From: Candidatus Aenigmatarchaeota archaeon
GTDB taxonomy: Archaea > Aenigmatarchaeota > Aenigmatarchaeia > CG10238-14 > SCSR01
DNA length: 64,000 nucleotides
Reading direction: 5' to 3'
NCBI GenBank assembly: GCA_018304615.1
Contig: JAGVVV010000010.1
Span: forward strand, 26,000-89,999
Position 1 is the first letter of the stretch. Each line of letters starts with the position of its first letter. The position numbers and the translations under genes are program-made. A model generated the notes under the pieces. It ran no database searches and was not told where the DNA came from. It saw only the letters and a list, made by a program, of their open reading frames with translations. Positions 1-9,074 of the stretch are shown one piece after another.

Positions 1-130
1 CAGTTTTATCGAACATGTGTTCTTTTTTATGTTTTTTAAGAAAGTTGTAATACATTTTGTTGAAATGCCTCATACCACTATCGAACAAAATGTCGCCTGC
101 ATCAAAAATTATTAATTTTATTTTTGCCAT
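1..130 (-). CDS. HAD-superfamily-like hydrolase, N-terminal fragment (gene runs off the window start)
   Basis: Reverse-strand ATG at 128-130 opens a frame reading MAKIKLIIFDAGDILFDSGMRHFNKMYYNFLKKH... The hydrophobic run followed by FDxG-type motif resembles HAD motif I. The ORF is truncated by the window edge. Confidence 0.3.
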   Translation of the reverse strand, partial: MAKIKLIIFDAGDILFDSGMRHFNKMYYNFLKKHKKEHMFDKT

Positions 131-135
131 AACAA

Positions 136-807
136 TTACTTCATCTTACAAACGAAGAAACCATGATCTCTTTCATATGGATCCAAGGTAACAAAATCTA
201 AAATTTCAAAATCTTCTTCCAGCATCTTCTGGGATTCTTTGTAAATCTGTTTTGGATCTTTTATTACGTCAATACTTCGTGATTTGATCGCAATCATTCC
301 ATATCCTTTTGGTTTCAAGAATTTCTTACAGTTCCTTATGAAAATCTTGACTTCTTCAGGATCGGCAACATCAGCATACACCAAATCCACTTTTTCTAAA
401 ACATTATTTTCATAATCTTCAGGTTTTCTCGAATCTGCAAGAATTGGGATTATATTCCCACGTTTTTCTGCATGCGAAATCAAATCCCTCAAAACCCTTT
501 CAGAAATATCAATTCCATAAATGATTCCATCAGGACCGATGATGTCGGAAAAGTGTGATGCTGTAGTCCCACTTGCGACTCCTAGATATAGAACTTTCAT
601 TCCTTCCTTCAAAGGAAATTCTTTCAGGCCTTTCTTAATTGCGGCTGCGGGTTTACTTCTGAAATGATCCCAAGACCTGTATTGAATTTTTTTATCATTA
701 ATTAATTGCTCGCCATAAACTTTTTCTCCAGGAACCAAATTCACAGTTGCAAGATTTTTATCTGCGTAGAAGACGCCAGAAAATTTTTTGTGAGGTTCTA
801 TCTTCAT
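136..807 (-). CDS. flpA: Fibrillarin (C/D box sRNP rRNA/tRNA 2'-O-methyltransferase)
   Basis: 223-aa ORF colinear with archaeal fibrillarin. SAM-binding 'VLYLGVASGTTASHFSDI', 'SRKPEDY', 'VYADVADPEE'. 4-nt overlap with upstream nop5, the classic nop5-flpA pair. Confidence 0.95.
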   Translation of the reverse strand: MKIEPHKKFSGVFYADKNLATVNLVPGEKVYGEQLINDKKIQYRSWDHFRSKPAAAIKKGLKEFPLKEGMKVLYLGVASGTTASHFSDIIGPDGIIYGIDISERVLRDLISHAEKRGNIIPILADSRKPEDYENNVLEKVDLVYADVADPEEVKIFIRNCKKFLKPKGYGMIAIKSRSIDVIKDPKQIYKESQKMLEEDFEILDFVTLDPYERDHGFFVCKMK

Positions 808-1877
808 GAGCGCTTCACTATTTCTTTGATTCTTTCTTCAAGTTGTTTCTTCAATTCATCAGCCTTGTATACTTTGGAATAGAAATCCATCTTCGCGGCA
901 ATCGAGAGTTTGGAAGCGAGTGTTCTTGCGATTTTCCCTTTCTGGTCTTTGGAGGCGTTCTGAATCAATGGATGATTGAATAGTATTCCAAACTTTGGAG
1001 AGCGGCCTCTCCCATGAAGAAATCTGAATAGAGCTTTCTCTGCACCCAGAAGTTGGACTGTCGAAGAAGGCGATCTTGCCAATTTCTCGAGGCCGCCTGC
1101 CTTTGAGATAAGTTTTGCTGCAAGGAGAGGACCTGCAAGTTCTCTGATATTCGGAGCGACCTCCTTTAGAGTAATATCAAGATATTTAGAGACTTTCTCC
1201 CTCATTTTGTAAAGGGAATTTATTTCCGAAGCAAAACCTTGAATAATTTTGAAATCTTCGTCCTTCAAGTCCATTCCCATGCTCTTCTCTGTGAATTGTT
1301 TTAATTCTTCGTCATCTATTTTTTCCCTCTGCCCGAACTTTTCAACAAGAGTCGCATATTTCTCATGACTGTCTACAATTCTGTTCATCTCAGGGAAATG
1401 AAGTCCGTACCACTCCCTCAACCTTTCCATAAGAACATTTATGGATCTGTCAAGTTCTTCCAGAGCTCCGTTTGCCTGAACTACCAGACCGTCTCTGCCC
1501 ATGGCCTTTTTGATTTTCACCTTTGTGAGTTCCAAGTTGATCTTTGTAAGAAGATTGTTGAATTCTGCCTGGTCTCTGACAAACTGCCTCTCGACAGCCA
1601 GTCTCCTCAGATTATCTTTGATGAAAGCCTCTTGATCAGTTCCAGTTTCTATGTGCCTTGCCCCATTTTTCCTGAAAGGAAAGATGAATTCCCTGAAACC
1701 TTTCTTCCCAAGTTCATACATCATTTTCTTCTCGTCTTCGGTAACCTCAAACTCAGAAGTTTTGTATTTCTCCGCAATCATTGACGGATCCTTAGGATAA
1801 GGTTTAAATGAGACTATCTTCTTGTTCTCATCCACTGCAAATGTTCCTATGAAAGTTGCAAGAATGTAAACGCGCAT
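804..1877 (-). CDS. nop5: Nop5 (Nop56/58-like) C/D box sRNP core protein
   Basis: 357 aa. NOSIC/Nop domain signature 'LLGAEKALFRFLHGRGRSPKFGILFNHPLIQ'. Directly upstream of fibrillarin. Confidence 0.95.
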   Translation of the reverse strand: MRVYILATFIGTFAVDENKKIVSFKPYPKDPSMIAEKYKTSEFEVTEDEKKMMYELGKKGFREFIFPFRKNGARHIETGTDQEAFIKDNLRRLAVERQFVRDQAEFNNLLTKINLELTKVKIKKAMGRDGLVVQANGALEELDRSINVLMERLREWYGLHFPEMNRIVDSHEKYATLVEKFGQREKIDDEELKQFTEKSMGMDLKDEDFKIIQGFASEINSLYKMREKVSKYLDITLKEVAPNIRELAGPLLAAKLISKAGGLEKLARSPSSTVQLLGAEKALFRFLHGRGRSPKFGILFNHPLIQNASKDQKGKIARTLASKLSIAAKMDFYSKVYKADELKKQLEERIKEIVKRS

Positions 1878-1946
1878 AGTTTTTATATTATTTAGACAAG
1901 CTTAAAAATGGAAAAGGGTAAAAGCTAGACTGCGGAGTATAGTAAT

Positions 1947-2696
1947 ATGAAAAAGGGAAGCTTGGTTCTGCTTGTGAGAAACGACAGATCTTATCTTGTC
2001 GAAGCTGGCAAAGGGAACTTGAATCTTAAAGAGGGGAATGTAGATTTAAAACAATTGTTGAAGAAGAAATTTGGGGATGAGATAAAGACGCATATCGGTA
2101 AAAGACTATCGATAGTAGAGCCGAATTTGAAAGATGTTTTAGAAAAAAAAGTCAAAAGACTTCCGCAGATTATAACTCCAAAGGATGTAGCTCTGATTTT
2201 GGCTTATACAGGGATTGGGCAGGGAGACAAAGTGGTTGACGCAGGAACTGGCTCAGGATTCCTATCGATAATCATTGCTAGCTATATTAAACCTGGAAAA
2301 GTTTACACGTACGAGAAGAACAGGCAGTTCTACAACCTAGCTAAAAAAAATCTTAAGATGGCGGGAGTTGAAAAATTCGTCGAATTGAAGAGGGCAGATG
2401 CGACTAGGGGAATAAAACAAAGGAATGTTGATTTAGTAACATTAGATTTAAAGAATCCTGAGAAAATGATTCAGCATGCCTACAAGTCTCTGAAGCCAGG
2501 AGGATGGTTGGTTGTATATTCTCCGTATGTAGAACAGATGAGCAAAGTTTCAAAGGAGATTAAAAAGAAAAACTTTTCTAGTATCAAAATTGTAGAGAAT
2601 ATTGTCAGGGAGTGGCAGGTTGAGGAGTTCACAAGGCCAAGGACGGTTGGATTGATGCACACTGGATTTTTGACATTCGCGAGGAAGATGGGATGA
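1947..2696 (+). CDS. trmI: tRNA (adenine-N1-)-methyltransferase TrmI (GCD14 family)
   Basis: 249 aa. 'RLPQIITPKDVALILAYTGIGQGDKVVDAGTGSGFLS' (SAM motif I) and 'DLVTLDLKNPEKMIQHAYKSLKPGGWLVVYSPYVEQ' are typical of m1A57/58 methyltransferases. Confidence 0.85.
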   Translation: MKKGSLVLLVRNDRSYLVEAGKGNLNLKEGNVDLKQLLKKKFGDEIKTHIGKRLSIVEPNLKDVLEKKVKRLPQIITPKDVALILAYTGIGQGDKVVDAGTGSGFLSIIIASYIKPGKVYTYEKNRQFYNLAKKNLKMAGVEKFVELKRADATRGIKQRNVDLVTLDLKNPEKMIQHAYKSLKPGGWLVVYSPYVEQMSKVSKEIKKKNFSSIKIVENIVREWQVEEFTRPRTVGLMHTGFLTFARKMG

Positions 2697-2992
2697 CAGA
2701 ATTTTATCTCGCCGCAAGTCAGAACTGGATTTATTTGTTTTTGTATCCAGCTGTTTTGTGGATTATACTGTTAGTTTACAGAAAAAGTTATAAAAAGGTC
2801 GGTGAAATAAAGAAGCAGATGGTTTTTGGAATTGTAAGTGTTCTACTAGGATCGATGGGTGATTTCATAGGGACGAATCTCAATTTATGGCATTTCCCTG
2901 ACGGGGACCTGCCGGCAATAATTGTTATCGTTTATTTCTTTGTTGGGATGGGTGCCTACAATATAGTGAAGTTGATAGACGAAAAGATATGA
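2693..2992 (+). CDS. Small integral membrane protein (about 3 TM), unknown function
   Basis: 99-aa hydrophobic ORF. ATGA overlap with the trmI stop and with the next gene, so it looks operonic. Confidence 0.5.
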   Translation: MTEFYLAASQNWIYLFLYPAVLWIILLVYRKSYKKVGEIKKQMVFGIVSVLLGSMGDFIGTNLNLWHFPDGDLPAIIVIVYFFVGMGAYNIVKLIDEKI

Positions 2993-3573
2993 TAACAAAA
3001 ATGGCAAGACATGAATTCGAACCGACTCCAGAAATAACTCCACAAATGATCAGAGAGATGTTCAAGGTCCTTGACGAGAAAGGAATGATTTACTATACGA
3101 CAGAGGGGGCATATGTCCCGACTGAAAGTGGATGGAAAAAATTGGTTTCCACTAAAAATGTCAAGGAAGAGATCGTTGCTTACGGCCATCCGAATATTAC
3201 TGCGACTCATACAACTACATTTGAGATAACAAAATCTCCAGAATTGGGCAAAGAAGGAAGTTGTGTCATAGCTGTGAGGGCAAATAAAGCTTGCGCTGAT
3301 CTCAGTGACGAGTTCAGGAATGCTCTGAAGGAAGCGAGAAAATTAGAAATAACTCTTGAAGCTGGAGGCGTGGAAGACAAAATTGTCGCTTATGGCTCTC
3401 CAGCTTTGAGACTAAGCCATCCTGAGGACATTGTGATAAGGACTAGTGACTTCATAGATGGGAGAACATTAGCTATCTTGTCAAGCAAGTCGGCAAATGA
3501 GATTAGCCAAGATTTGATAGAACAGTTGCGAAAACCAGAGACAAAACTAAAAATAACTCTTGAGTTAAAGTGA
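2989..3573 (+). CDS. DUF371-domain protein with about 60-aa N-terminal extension
   Basis: 'IVAYGHPNITATHTTTFEITKSPELGKEGSCVIAVRANKACADL ... DIVIRTSDFIDGRTLAILSSKSA' matches my recollection of the archaeal DUF371 family pattern (YGHxNIxATHxTTxExTK ... GDCIIGV). Confidence 0.65.
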   Translation: MITKMARHEFEPTPEITPQMIREMFKVLDEKGMIYYTTEGAYVPTESGWKKLVSTKNVKEEIVAYGHPNITATHTTTFEITKSPELGKEGSCVIAVRANKACADLSDEFRNALKEARKLEITLEAGGVEDKIVAYGSPALRLSHPEDIVIRTSDFIDGRTLAILSSKSANEISQDLIEQLRKPETKLKITLELK

Positions 3574-3577
3574 ATTT

Positions 3578-4351
3578 ATGAATGTTTGGCATAAGCTGCT
3601 GGGAATTGTTGGTCTTGCTATCTCTGTCATAAGTGTTTTCTTTTCAGTCACATATTCGTTCCATTACTGGTACAGTTTTTTTATTGTCGGAAGTTTTTTG
3701 TTTTTTGATTATTTGGATTTAAAAATTAGGAAAGATTCAACGCTAATGCATCCCAAAAGGTTTCTGAAAATATATCTTTTGTTTTCATTGGTAGGAGGAG
3801 TATTTGATGTGATTCTGGCCAGAAGGATTGCAAACCTTTGGGTGTACCCATACCTAGGCGGGATTTTGAATGTTGCAGTTCCAACATTCGTCTACAATCC
3901 GTTCGGTGGCTTTTCTATTTATGAGATGTACCAGGTAGCAAACCAGAAGCTAAGGAAGCTGAGCAAAAAAATTATTGATTTCGGAGTGATAGAAAAAATA
4001 GGCAAATTTAGATTGTCTGTCACTATGCTGATAACAACATATTTTATTCTATATTCATTATGGCCGGGAAAATTAAGCCTGTTCATTTTCAGCCCTATTT
4101 TGGTTATTGCCGTTCTTATTTTAATCGCGAGGGCAACAAACAGAAAGGCAAGTTCAATTTTTTCCTTGCTGCTAACATCATGGAGTGCTGGGTTTTTGCA
4201 TGAACTACCAAATATTTTTTCCCAAGAATGGATTTATTTCCCGACTATTGGCCAATCAATACTGGGCATACCTGTTCTCGTATATATAATATTTGCCGGG
4301 TGGCCGCTTTTGTTGTCTGCAACAATAGTGATTTATCAAAAAATAAAATAG
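3578..4351 (+). CDS. Polytopic membrane protein, unknown function
   Basis: 257-aa ORF with several hydrophobic spans. Its stop codon TAG (4349-4351) shares its last G with the first base of the tRNA. Confidence 0.55.
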   Translation: MNVWHKLLGIVGLAISVISVFFSVTYSFHYWYSFFIVGSFLFFDYLDLKIRKDSTLMHPKRFLKIYLLFSLVGGVFDVILARRIANLWVYPYLGGILNVAVPTFVYNPFGGFSIYEMYQVANQKLRKLSKKIIDFGVIEKIGKFRLSVTMLITTYFILYSLWPGKLSLFIFSPILVIAVLILIARATNRKASSIFSLLLTSWSAGFLHELPNIFSQEWIYFPTIGQSILGIPVLVYIIFAGWPLLLSATIVIYQKIK

Positions 4352-4425
4352 GGGTCGTAGTCGAACTTGGTTAAGACGCCAGCCTCGGGCGCTGGAAATT
4401 CTGGGTTCAAATCCCAGCGATCCCA
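4351..4425 (+). tRNA. tRNA-Pro (anticodon CGG)
   Basis: Cloverleaf folded by hand. Acceptor GGGGTCG/CGATCCC (one G-U). D-arm GTC..GAC. Anticodon stem CCAGC/GCTGG with loop CT-CGG-GC (G37). 5-nt variable loop. T-arm CTGGG-TTCAAAT-CCCAG. Discriminator A. No encoded CCA. Confidence 0.9.
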
Positions 4426-6594
4426 CTAGTATTTCTTTAGAGTTGCCTGCTTCTCGTCTTTACTCTCTTTACCTTCCAGCTGGTTCTTCACAGATTCGGC
4501 GACTTTTCTTCCGACGATTACAGACAGGCTTTCTATCGGAACCTTCCTAAGATCCTCAAGAGATTTCAGTCCTGAATTGAAAAGCTTCCTTGCCCTAGCT
4601 CTACCTATGTTCTTCAATTTTACAAGTGGGAGTAGTTCTTCTCTCACACCGTACATGAGGCGAACTCTTACTTTCCTAACTTCCTTCAGAGTACCTTTCA
4701 TGCCGAGAAGCAGTGCGAGTTCATTGATCGAATACAAGAGCCAATCAGCATTTTTCAACCTATTCCTCAGTTCGCCTGGAGCAACTCTGAACTTCGCCAA
4801 AATCTCGTCTTCACTTGCCTCGTTGAGCCACTCTTCAAACATCATAGCAGTCTTGATGCTTTTCAAAAAGTCATCGAATTCCAAATCCCATTCTTCTGGG
4901 ATTTTTTCTAAGATGTGCCTCTGTTCTTTAGTTATGAATGAATAGATGTCTGTAGTCTCAGAAGTTCTTACATTTAGAAAAGGTTTCATCTCATCAGTAT
5001 GGCAGATTGTCTGAAGGAAGCTGAGATGATTAATATCTTTTTTGGCAGACTCATGAAGACATTCGATAAACTTGTGTGCTGTCATTGGATCTACGTAAAG
5101 TTCTGAAACTCTCTTTCCGATTTTGGTGGTAGCCAATTTATTATTTTTCGAGATTATGAAACCCCATTCGATCAAATTGTCAAGAATGTTCTGTATCTGC
5201 TCTTCTATCATAGACATCTCTCCGTACTGGAAGGCGTAGAAAGTCTTTGCGAAAAATTCCAAGAGAGTTTTCTCTGATTTTACAAACTCGCTTGAGATTA
5301 GTGAAAGAGTGTGCATGCGAAGGGCTGACTCCATCGCTAGTTTGGAGCGAATGTCTTCAGGCTCGCCCATGATGAAATGATCTGTGAGATCTTGAGCATC
5401 TTCTTCAGATCTTGCAATAAGAATTGATTCACCGAATTCGTCGTACTGCGGTCTACCTGCCCTTCCAACAAACTGCTTGTATTCGAGCACTGGGATGTAC
5501 ATTGCACCAATGCCAGAATAGAACCTCTTCACATCTTTGATTACGACCCTGAAAGCTGGGAGATTCACACCGAGAGCAAGTGTTGGCGTGGCTACGATAA
5601 CTTTAACCAATCCTTTCCTGAACTCGTCTTCAATCAATCTTCTCTGTTTCCCTAATAGACCTGCATGATGGAACGCAGTCCCATTTTTCAGACATGCGGC
5701 GAGTTTCTTGCATTGCCTTGTAGGATTATCTAATGTGTACAATGCCTGGTCTGAAATAGTCTCCAATTCAAAGCTCTGACTCCTTGGAAGTTTTAGTCTG
5801 ACCAACTTTGTCAAATCCTCGGCAAGTTTCTCAGCGCTTCTTCTAGTTGAAACGAAAATCAAAACTTGCTTGTTCATGTTAAGGGTGTTCTCAACTATTG
5901 CGGCATCAGTCTCCAATTTAGAGAGCTCATATCCGTTCTTTCCGTAAAAGAAAATTTTGGAATCGAAAGCCACTCCTTCGTACAGTTTCACAGGCCTATA
6001 ATCGCTTATTACTAAAGAAGCGTTCAACCACTTTGCAAGCTCATGTGAATTTTTTATAGTGGCAGACAAACCTAAAATTTGCGTTCTAGGGATTATCTCC
6101 TTCAAATTGGTAATAAGTATTTCGAGAGTGGGCCCTCTCGAAGTGTCATTCAACAAATGTATCTCGTCTACTACAATCAGTCCTGTTTCTTTCAACCACG
6201 GAACCGAGTGCCTTATCAGGCTGTCAAGTTTCTCTGTGGTCGCGACGATGATGTCATAGTTAGCCAGCCATGGATCTGCAGAATCCAAATCGCCAACAGA
6301 TATTGCGACTTTGAAGCCTAATTTTTCATATTTCTCTTTGAAGGTTTGGTACTTTTCATTTGCCAGAGATACAAGAGGGACTATGTATATGGATTTCTTT
6401 TTCTGCAGAATAGTTTTCAAGATAAGGAAGTCAGCACAAAGGGTTTTTCCGCTAGCTGTCGGTGCAGAAATCACAACATTTCGTTCGAAAAAATCTCCCT
6501 TGGTTGCAAGCTTCTGCATTGGATTCAAGTCTTTCAAATCATAGACATCGAGGATTTTCTGAATGATCTCCTTCTCAGGCATGTTTCTCACCAA
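4426..6594 (-). CDS. hel308: Hel308/Hjm-type Ski2-like superfamily-2 DNA helicase
   Basis: 722 aa. Walker A 'APTASGKT', 'VDEIHLL' (DEIH box), 'SAT', 'VATPTLALGVNLPA', 'QFVGRAGRPQYD', and a C-terminal HhH-like 'IGRARARKLFNSGLKSLEDL'. Confidence 0.9.
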   Translation of the reverse strand: MVRNMPEKEIIQKILDVYDLKDLNPMQKLATKGDFFERNVVISAPTASGKTLCADFLILKTILQKKKSIYIVPLVSLANEKYQTFKEKYEKLGFKVAISVGDLDSADPWLANYDIIVATTEKLDSLIRHSVPWLKETGLIVVDEIHLLNDTSRGPTLEILITNLKEIIPRTQILGLSATIKNSHELAKWLNASLVISDYRPVKLYEGVAFDSKIFFYGKNGYELSKLETDAAIVENTLNMNKQVLIFVSTRRSAEKLAEDLTKLVRLKLPRSQSFELETISDQALYTLDNPTRQCKKLAACLKNGTAFHHAGLLGKQRRLIEDEFRKGLVKVIVATPTLALGVNLPAFRVVIKDVKRFYSGIGAMYIPVLEYKQFVGRAGRPQYDEFGESILIARSEEDAQDLTDHFIMGEPEDIRSKLAMESALRMHTLSLISSEFVKSEKTLLEFFAKTFYAFQYGEMSMIEEQIQNILDNLIEWGFIISKNNKLATTKIGKRVSELYVDPMTAHKFIECLHESAKKDINHLSFLQTICHTDEMKPFLNVRTSETTDIYSFITKEQRHILEKIPEEWDLEFDDFLKSIKTAMMFEEWLNEASEDEILAKFRVAPGELRNRLKNADWLLYSINELALLLGMKGTLKEVRKVRVRLMYGVREELLPLVKLKNIGRARARKLFNSGLKSLEDLRKVPIESLSVIVGRKVAESVKNQLEGKESKDEKQATLKKY

Positions 6595-6690
6595 ACCACT
6601 ATCCGTTAATTTAAGGTAACAAGAATAAAAATAAACAAAGGTCGATTTCCTATTAATAATTTAAAAATTAGAAGAGCGAAAGTTACTGAT

Positions 6691-7122
6691 TTGAAGGTAT
6701 TACAGATCTTAAATCAAAGTCTCATCCAGTCTGACAAAAAAAGTGATAAACTGCTCAATGAAAAATGGTCTTACAATGAAGGGAGAAGATTCCTTAAGAA
6801 AAGGATTGCGAGTAAAAACTCTATTTGTTTGGTAGCAGAATTTGGAAATGAAATCGTAGGCTACTTAGTTGGGTCGGTAAAAAAAATGGAATCTTGGAGA
6901 CCTGTGAGGAGAACTGAAATAGAGGAGATGTTCGTCAAGGAAAATTTTAGAAGTAAGGGCGTCGGGAGTAGATTGGTCAGACATTTTCTCAAATGGAGCA
7001 AGGAATCCAAAACGCAAAGAGTTTTGGTTTTCGTATACGACTCGAACAGTAAAGGCATCAAATTTTATAAAAAGATGGGGTTCAAAAAAGACAGATTGGC
7101 TATGGAGATGGAAGTAAGATAA
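6691..7122 (+). CDS. GNAT-family N-acetyltransferase
   Basis: 143 aa, TTG start. Acetyl-CoA motif A 'VKENFRSKGVGSRLVRHFLKWSK'. C-terminal 'KFYKKMGFK'. Confidence 0.8.
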   Translation: MKVLQILNQSLIQSDKKSDKLLNEKWSYNEGRRFLKKRIASKNSICLVAEFGNEIVGYLVGSVKKMESWRPVRRTEIEEMFVKENFRSKGVGSRLVRHFLKWSKESKTQRVLVFVYDSNSKGIKFYKKMGFKKDRLAMEMEVR

Positions 7123-7153
7123 ATCTCGACTCTAAACTTAAGATGTGGTAAAA

Positions 7154-8140
7154 ATGATTTCGCTTGGTATCGAATGCACGGCTCACACATTCGGTGTTGG
7201 GATTGTAGATTCTGATGGGAAAATTCTTGCGAATGAGAGGGATATGTACAGGCCAGCACTAGGGAAAGGAATTATCCCAACCGAAGCTGGCGAGCACCAT
7301 AGAAAAGTAAGCAAACAGTTATTTGAAAGAGCTTTGGAGAAGGCCGGGATAAAAATTGAAGATGTGGATGTGATAGCTTATTCGGCAGGCCCGGGCCTCC
7401 CGCCGGCTTTGCTCGCAGGTTTTGAATTCGCAGAATCCATTTCTAAAAAATATAAGAAAAAACTCATGCCTGTTAATCATCCTGTTGCGCATCTTGAAAT
7501 AGGAAAGTTGACAACGAACACGAAAGATCCTGTGTATGTATATCTCTCAGGAGGAAACACGCAGATAATCGCATTCGCAGAAGGCAGATATAGGATTTTC
7601 GGGGAGACGGAGGACATCACAATCGGGAATTGTTTTGATGTTTTTGCCAGGGAAGTTGGTTTGCCGATGCCTGGGGGTCCGGAAATTGAGAAGATTGCCA
7701 AACATGGAAAGTATATAGAGCTTCCATATGTAGTGAAGGGGATGGACCTTTCTTTTTCTGGAATCTTGACGAAATCTCGGAGATTGTACGAAGGTGGGGC
7801 GAGAAAAGAAGATTTGGCTTTCAGCATGCAGGAAGTCTGTTTCTCCATGCTTGCCGAGGTAACTGAAAGGGCCGTTGCTCACATGGACAAGAAGGAAGTC
7901 CTTCTCGTTGGAGGAGTAGTCGCTAACAAGAGGCTCCAGGAAATCATGGGGAGGATGAGTGAAGACAGGGGAGCTAAGATGTATGTGGTCCCGGAAGAAT
8001 ACTCAGGCGACCAGGGAGCCATGATAGCCTGGGTCGGAATTCTGGCCTATAAATCTGGTTGGAAAGATGGTGTAATTTCAAAGGAAAAAATAGATGGAAA
8101 ATGGCGCATTGATGAAGTCGAAATCACGTGGAAAGAATAA
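7154..8140 (+). CDS. kae1: Kae1, tRNA N6-adenosine threonylcarbamoyltransferase (KEOPS catalytic subunit)
   Basis: 'MISLGIECTAHTFGVGIV', metal-binding 'VNHPVAHLE', 'YLSGGNTQ', 'LVGGVVANKRLQE'. The ORF opens at GTG 7145, but ATG 7154 gives the canonical N-terminus. Stand-alone, not fused to Bud32. Confidence 0.93.
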   Translation: MISLGIECTAHTFGVGIVDSDGKILANERDMYRPALGKGIIPTEAGEHHRKVSKQLFERALEKAGIKIEDVDVIAYSAGPGLPPALLAGFEFAESISKKYKKKLMPVNHPVAHLEIGKLTTNTKDPVYVYLSGGNTQIIAFAEGRYRIFGETEDITIGNCFDVFAREVGLPMPGGPEIEKIAKHGKYIELPYVVKGMDLSFSGILTKSRRLYEGGARKEDLAFSMQEVCFSMLAEVTERAVAHMDKKEVLLVGGVVANKRLQEIMGRMSEDRGAKMYVVPEEYSGDQGAMIAWVGILAYKSGWKDGVISKEKIDGKWRIDEVEITWKE

Positions 8141-8216
8141 AAAATATGGAAAGTTCAAAGACTTCTAAACAAATCACAAAATATAGTAACTGGTTTAAAG
8201 AGCCTTCTGATTGATC

Positions 8217-8480
8217 TTACACGAGTTCGTTCTCGCTGATAATCACGAAGTCGCCTATGGACTTGACAGCGCTGAAAGGAATCAGGTTCCTTCCCTTTTC
8301 ATCAGATTTGAGATTGAGATCGCTCAAGTGCTTGGTAGGCTGCTCAACTACGATGTTAAGGAGCTCACCGCTCTCTGTGATGAAGTCAATATTACTGACG
8401 ACGCCAAATTTCCTGCCTGTTTCTTCGCTGATTACGGATTTGCCGACTATGTCAGCCGCTCTTACTTTTGTCTCTGGCAT
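8217..8480 (-). CDS. PRC-barrel domain protein
   Basis: 87 aa. 'DIVGKSVISEETGRKFGVVSNIDFITESGELLNIVV ... IPFSAVKSIGDFVII' is the typical PRC-barrel pattern. Confidence 0.7.
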   Translation of the reverse strand: MPETKVRAADIVGKSVISEETGRKFGVVSNIDFITESGELLNIVVEQPTKHLSDLNLKSDEKGRNLIPFSAVKSIGDFVIISENELV

Positions 8481-8540
8481 TAAATCACTATAATTTATTG
8501 GTTTTTAACATTTTTAACCCTTTTCAGGCATACTTAATTT

Positions 8541-9074
8541 ATGGTAAGGGTTTTTGTCGGAATTCTTCTTCCAGACAGTTTGAAAGATATTGTGGCTGGA
8601 TTGCAGGGAACCCTAGGAAACCTTCCTATGAAATGTAAATTTACAGAAAGGGAAAACTTGCATATAAGTTTAGATTTTATTGGTGAGATCGAACAAGGAA
8701 ATTTGGAATCGATTAAAAACAAAATTTCTGACATAGCCAAGCGTACGAATAAATTCCAAATAGAATTTGTAGAGATGAAGCTCATCCCGAACGAAAGATT
8801 GGTAAGAGTTATAGGGCTGGAGGTGAAATCGCCAGAACTCGAAGCCCTCGGAAGGGAGATGAAAGAAAAAATAGGCGGTGACGTGAAACCCCCACATCTG
8901 ACTCTATGCAGAGTAAAAAACATTTTGCCGAGAAATGGATTTATTGAGATGTTTCAAAAAATAAAAAAAGAGAGAATTCCTTCATTCGAAGTGAAATCAA
9001 TACAACTAATAGAGAGCCGACTCAGTAGTAAAGGACCTGCCTATTCAGTGGTTTCTGACTTTTCGCTTGCCTGA
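8541..9074 (+). CDS. thpR: RNA 2',3'-cyclic phosphodiesterase (2H family, ThpR/LigT-like)
   Basis: 177 aa with the two H-x-[ST]-x motifs of 2H phosphoesterases ('LHISLDF', 'PHLTLCRV'). Confidence 0.85.
   Translation: MVRVFVGILLPDSLKDIVAGLQGTLGNLPMKCKFTERENLHISLDFIGEIEQGNLESIKNKISDIAKRTNKFQIEFVEMKLIPNERLVRVIGLEVKSPELEALGREMKEKIGGDVKPPHLTLCRVKNILPRNGFIEMFQKIKKERIPSFEVKSIQLIESRLSSKGPAYSVVSDFSLA

Noticed and set aside
2693-4351. Possible paralogy of the two membrane proteins flanking the DUF371 gene (shared 'NLWxxP' motif: 'NLNLWHFPDG' versus 'IANLWVYPYLGG')
   Set aside because: The similarity is limited to a 3-4 residue motif in proteins of very different length (99 versus 257 aa). That is insufficient to claim a family or a functional module without a profile comparison.
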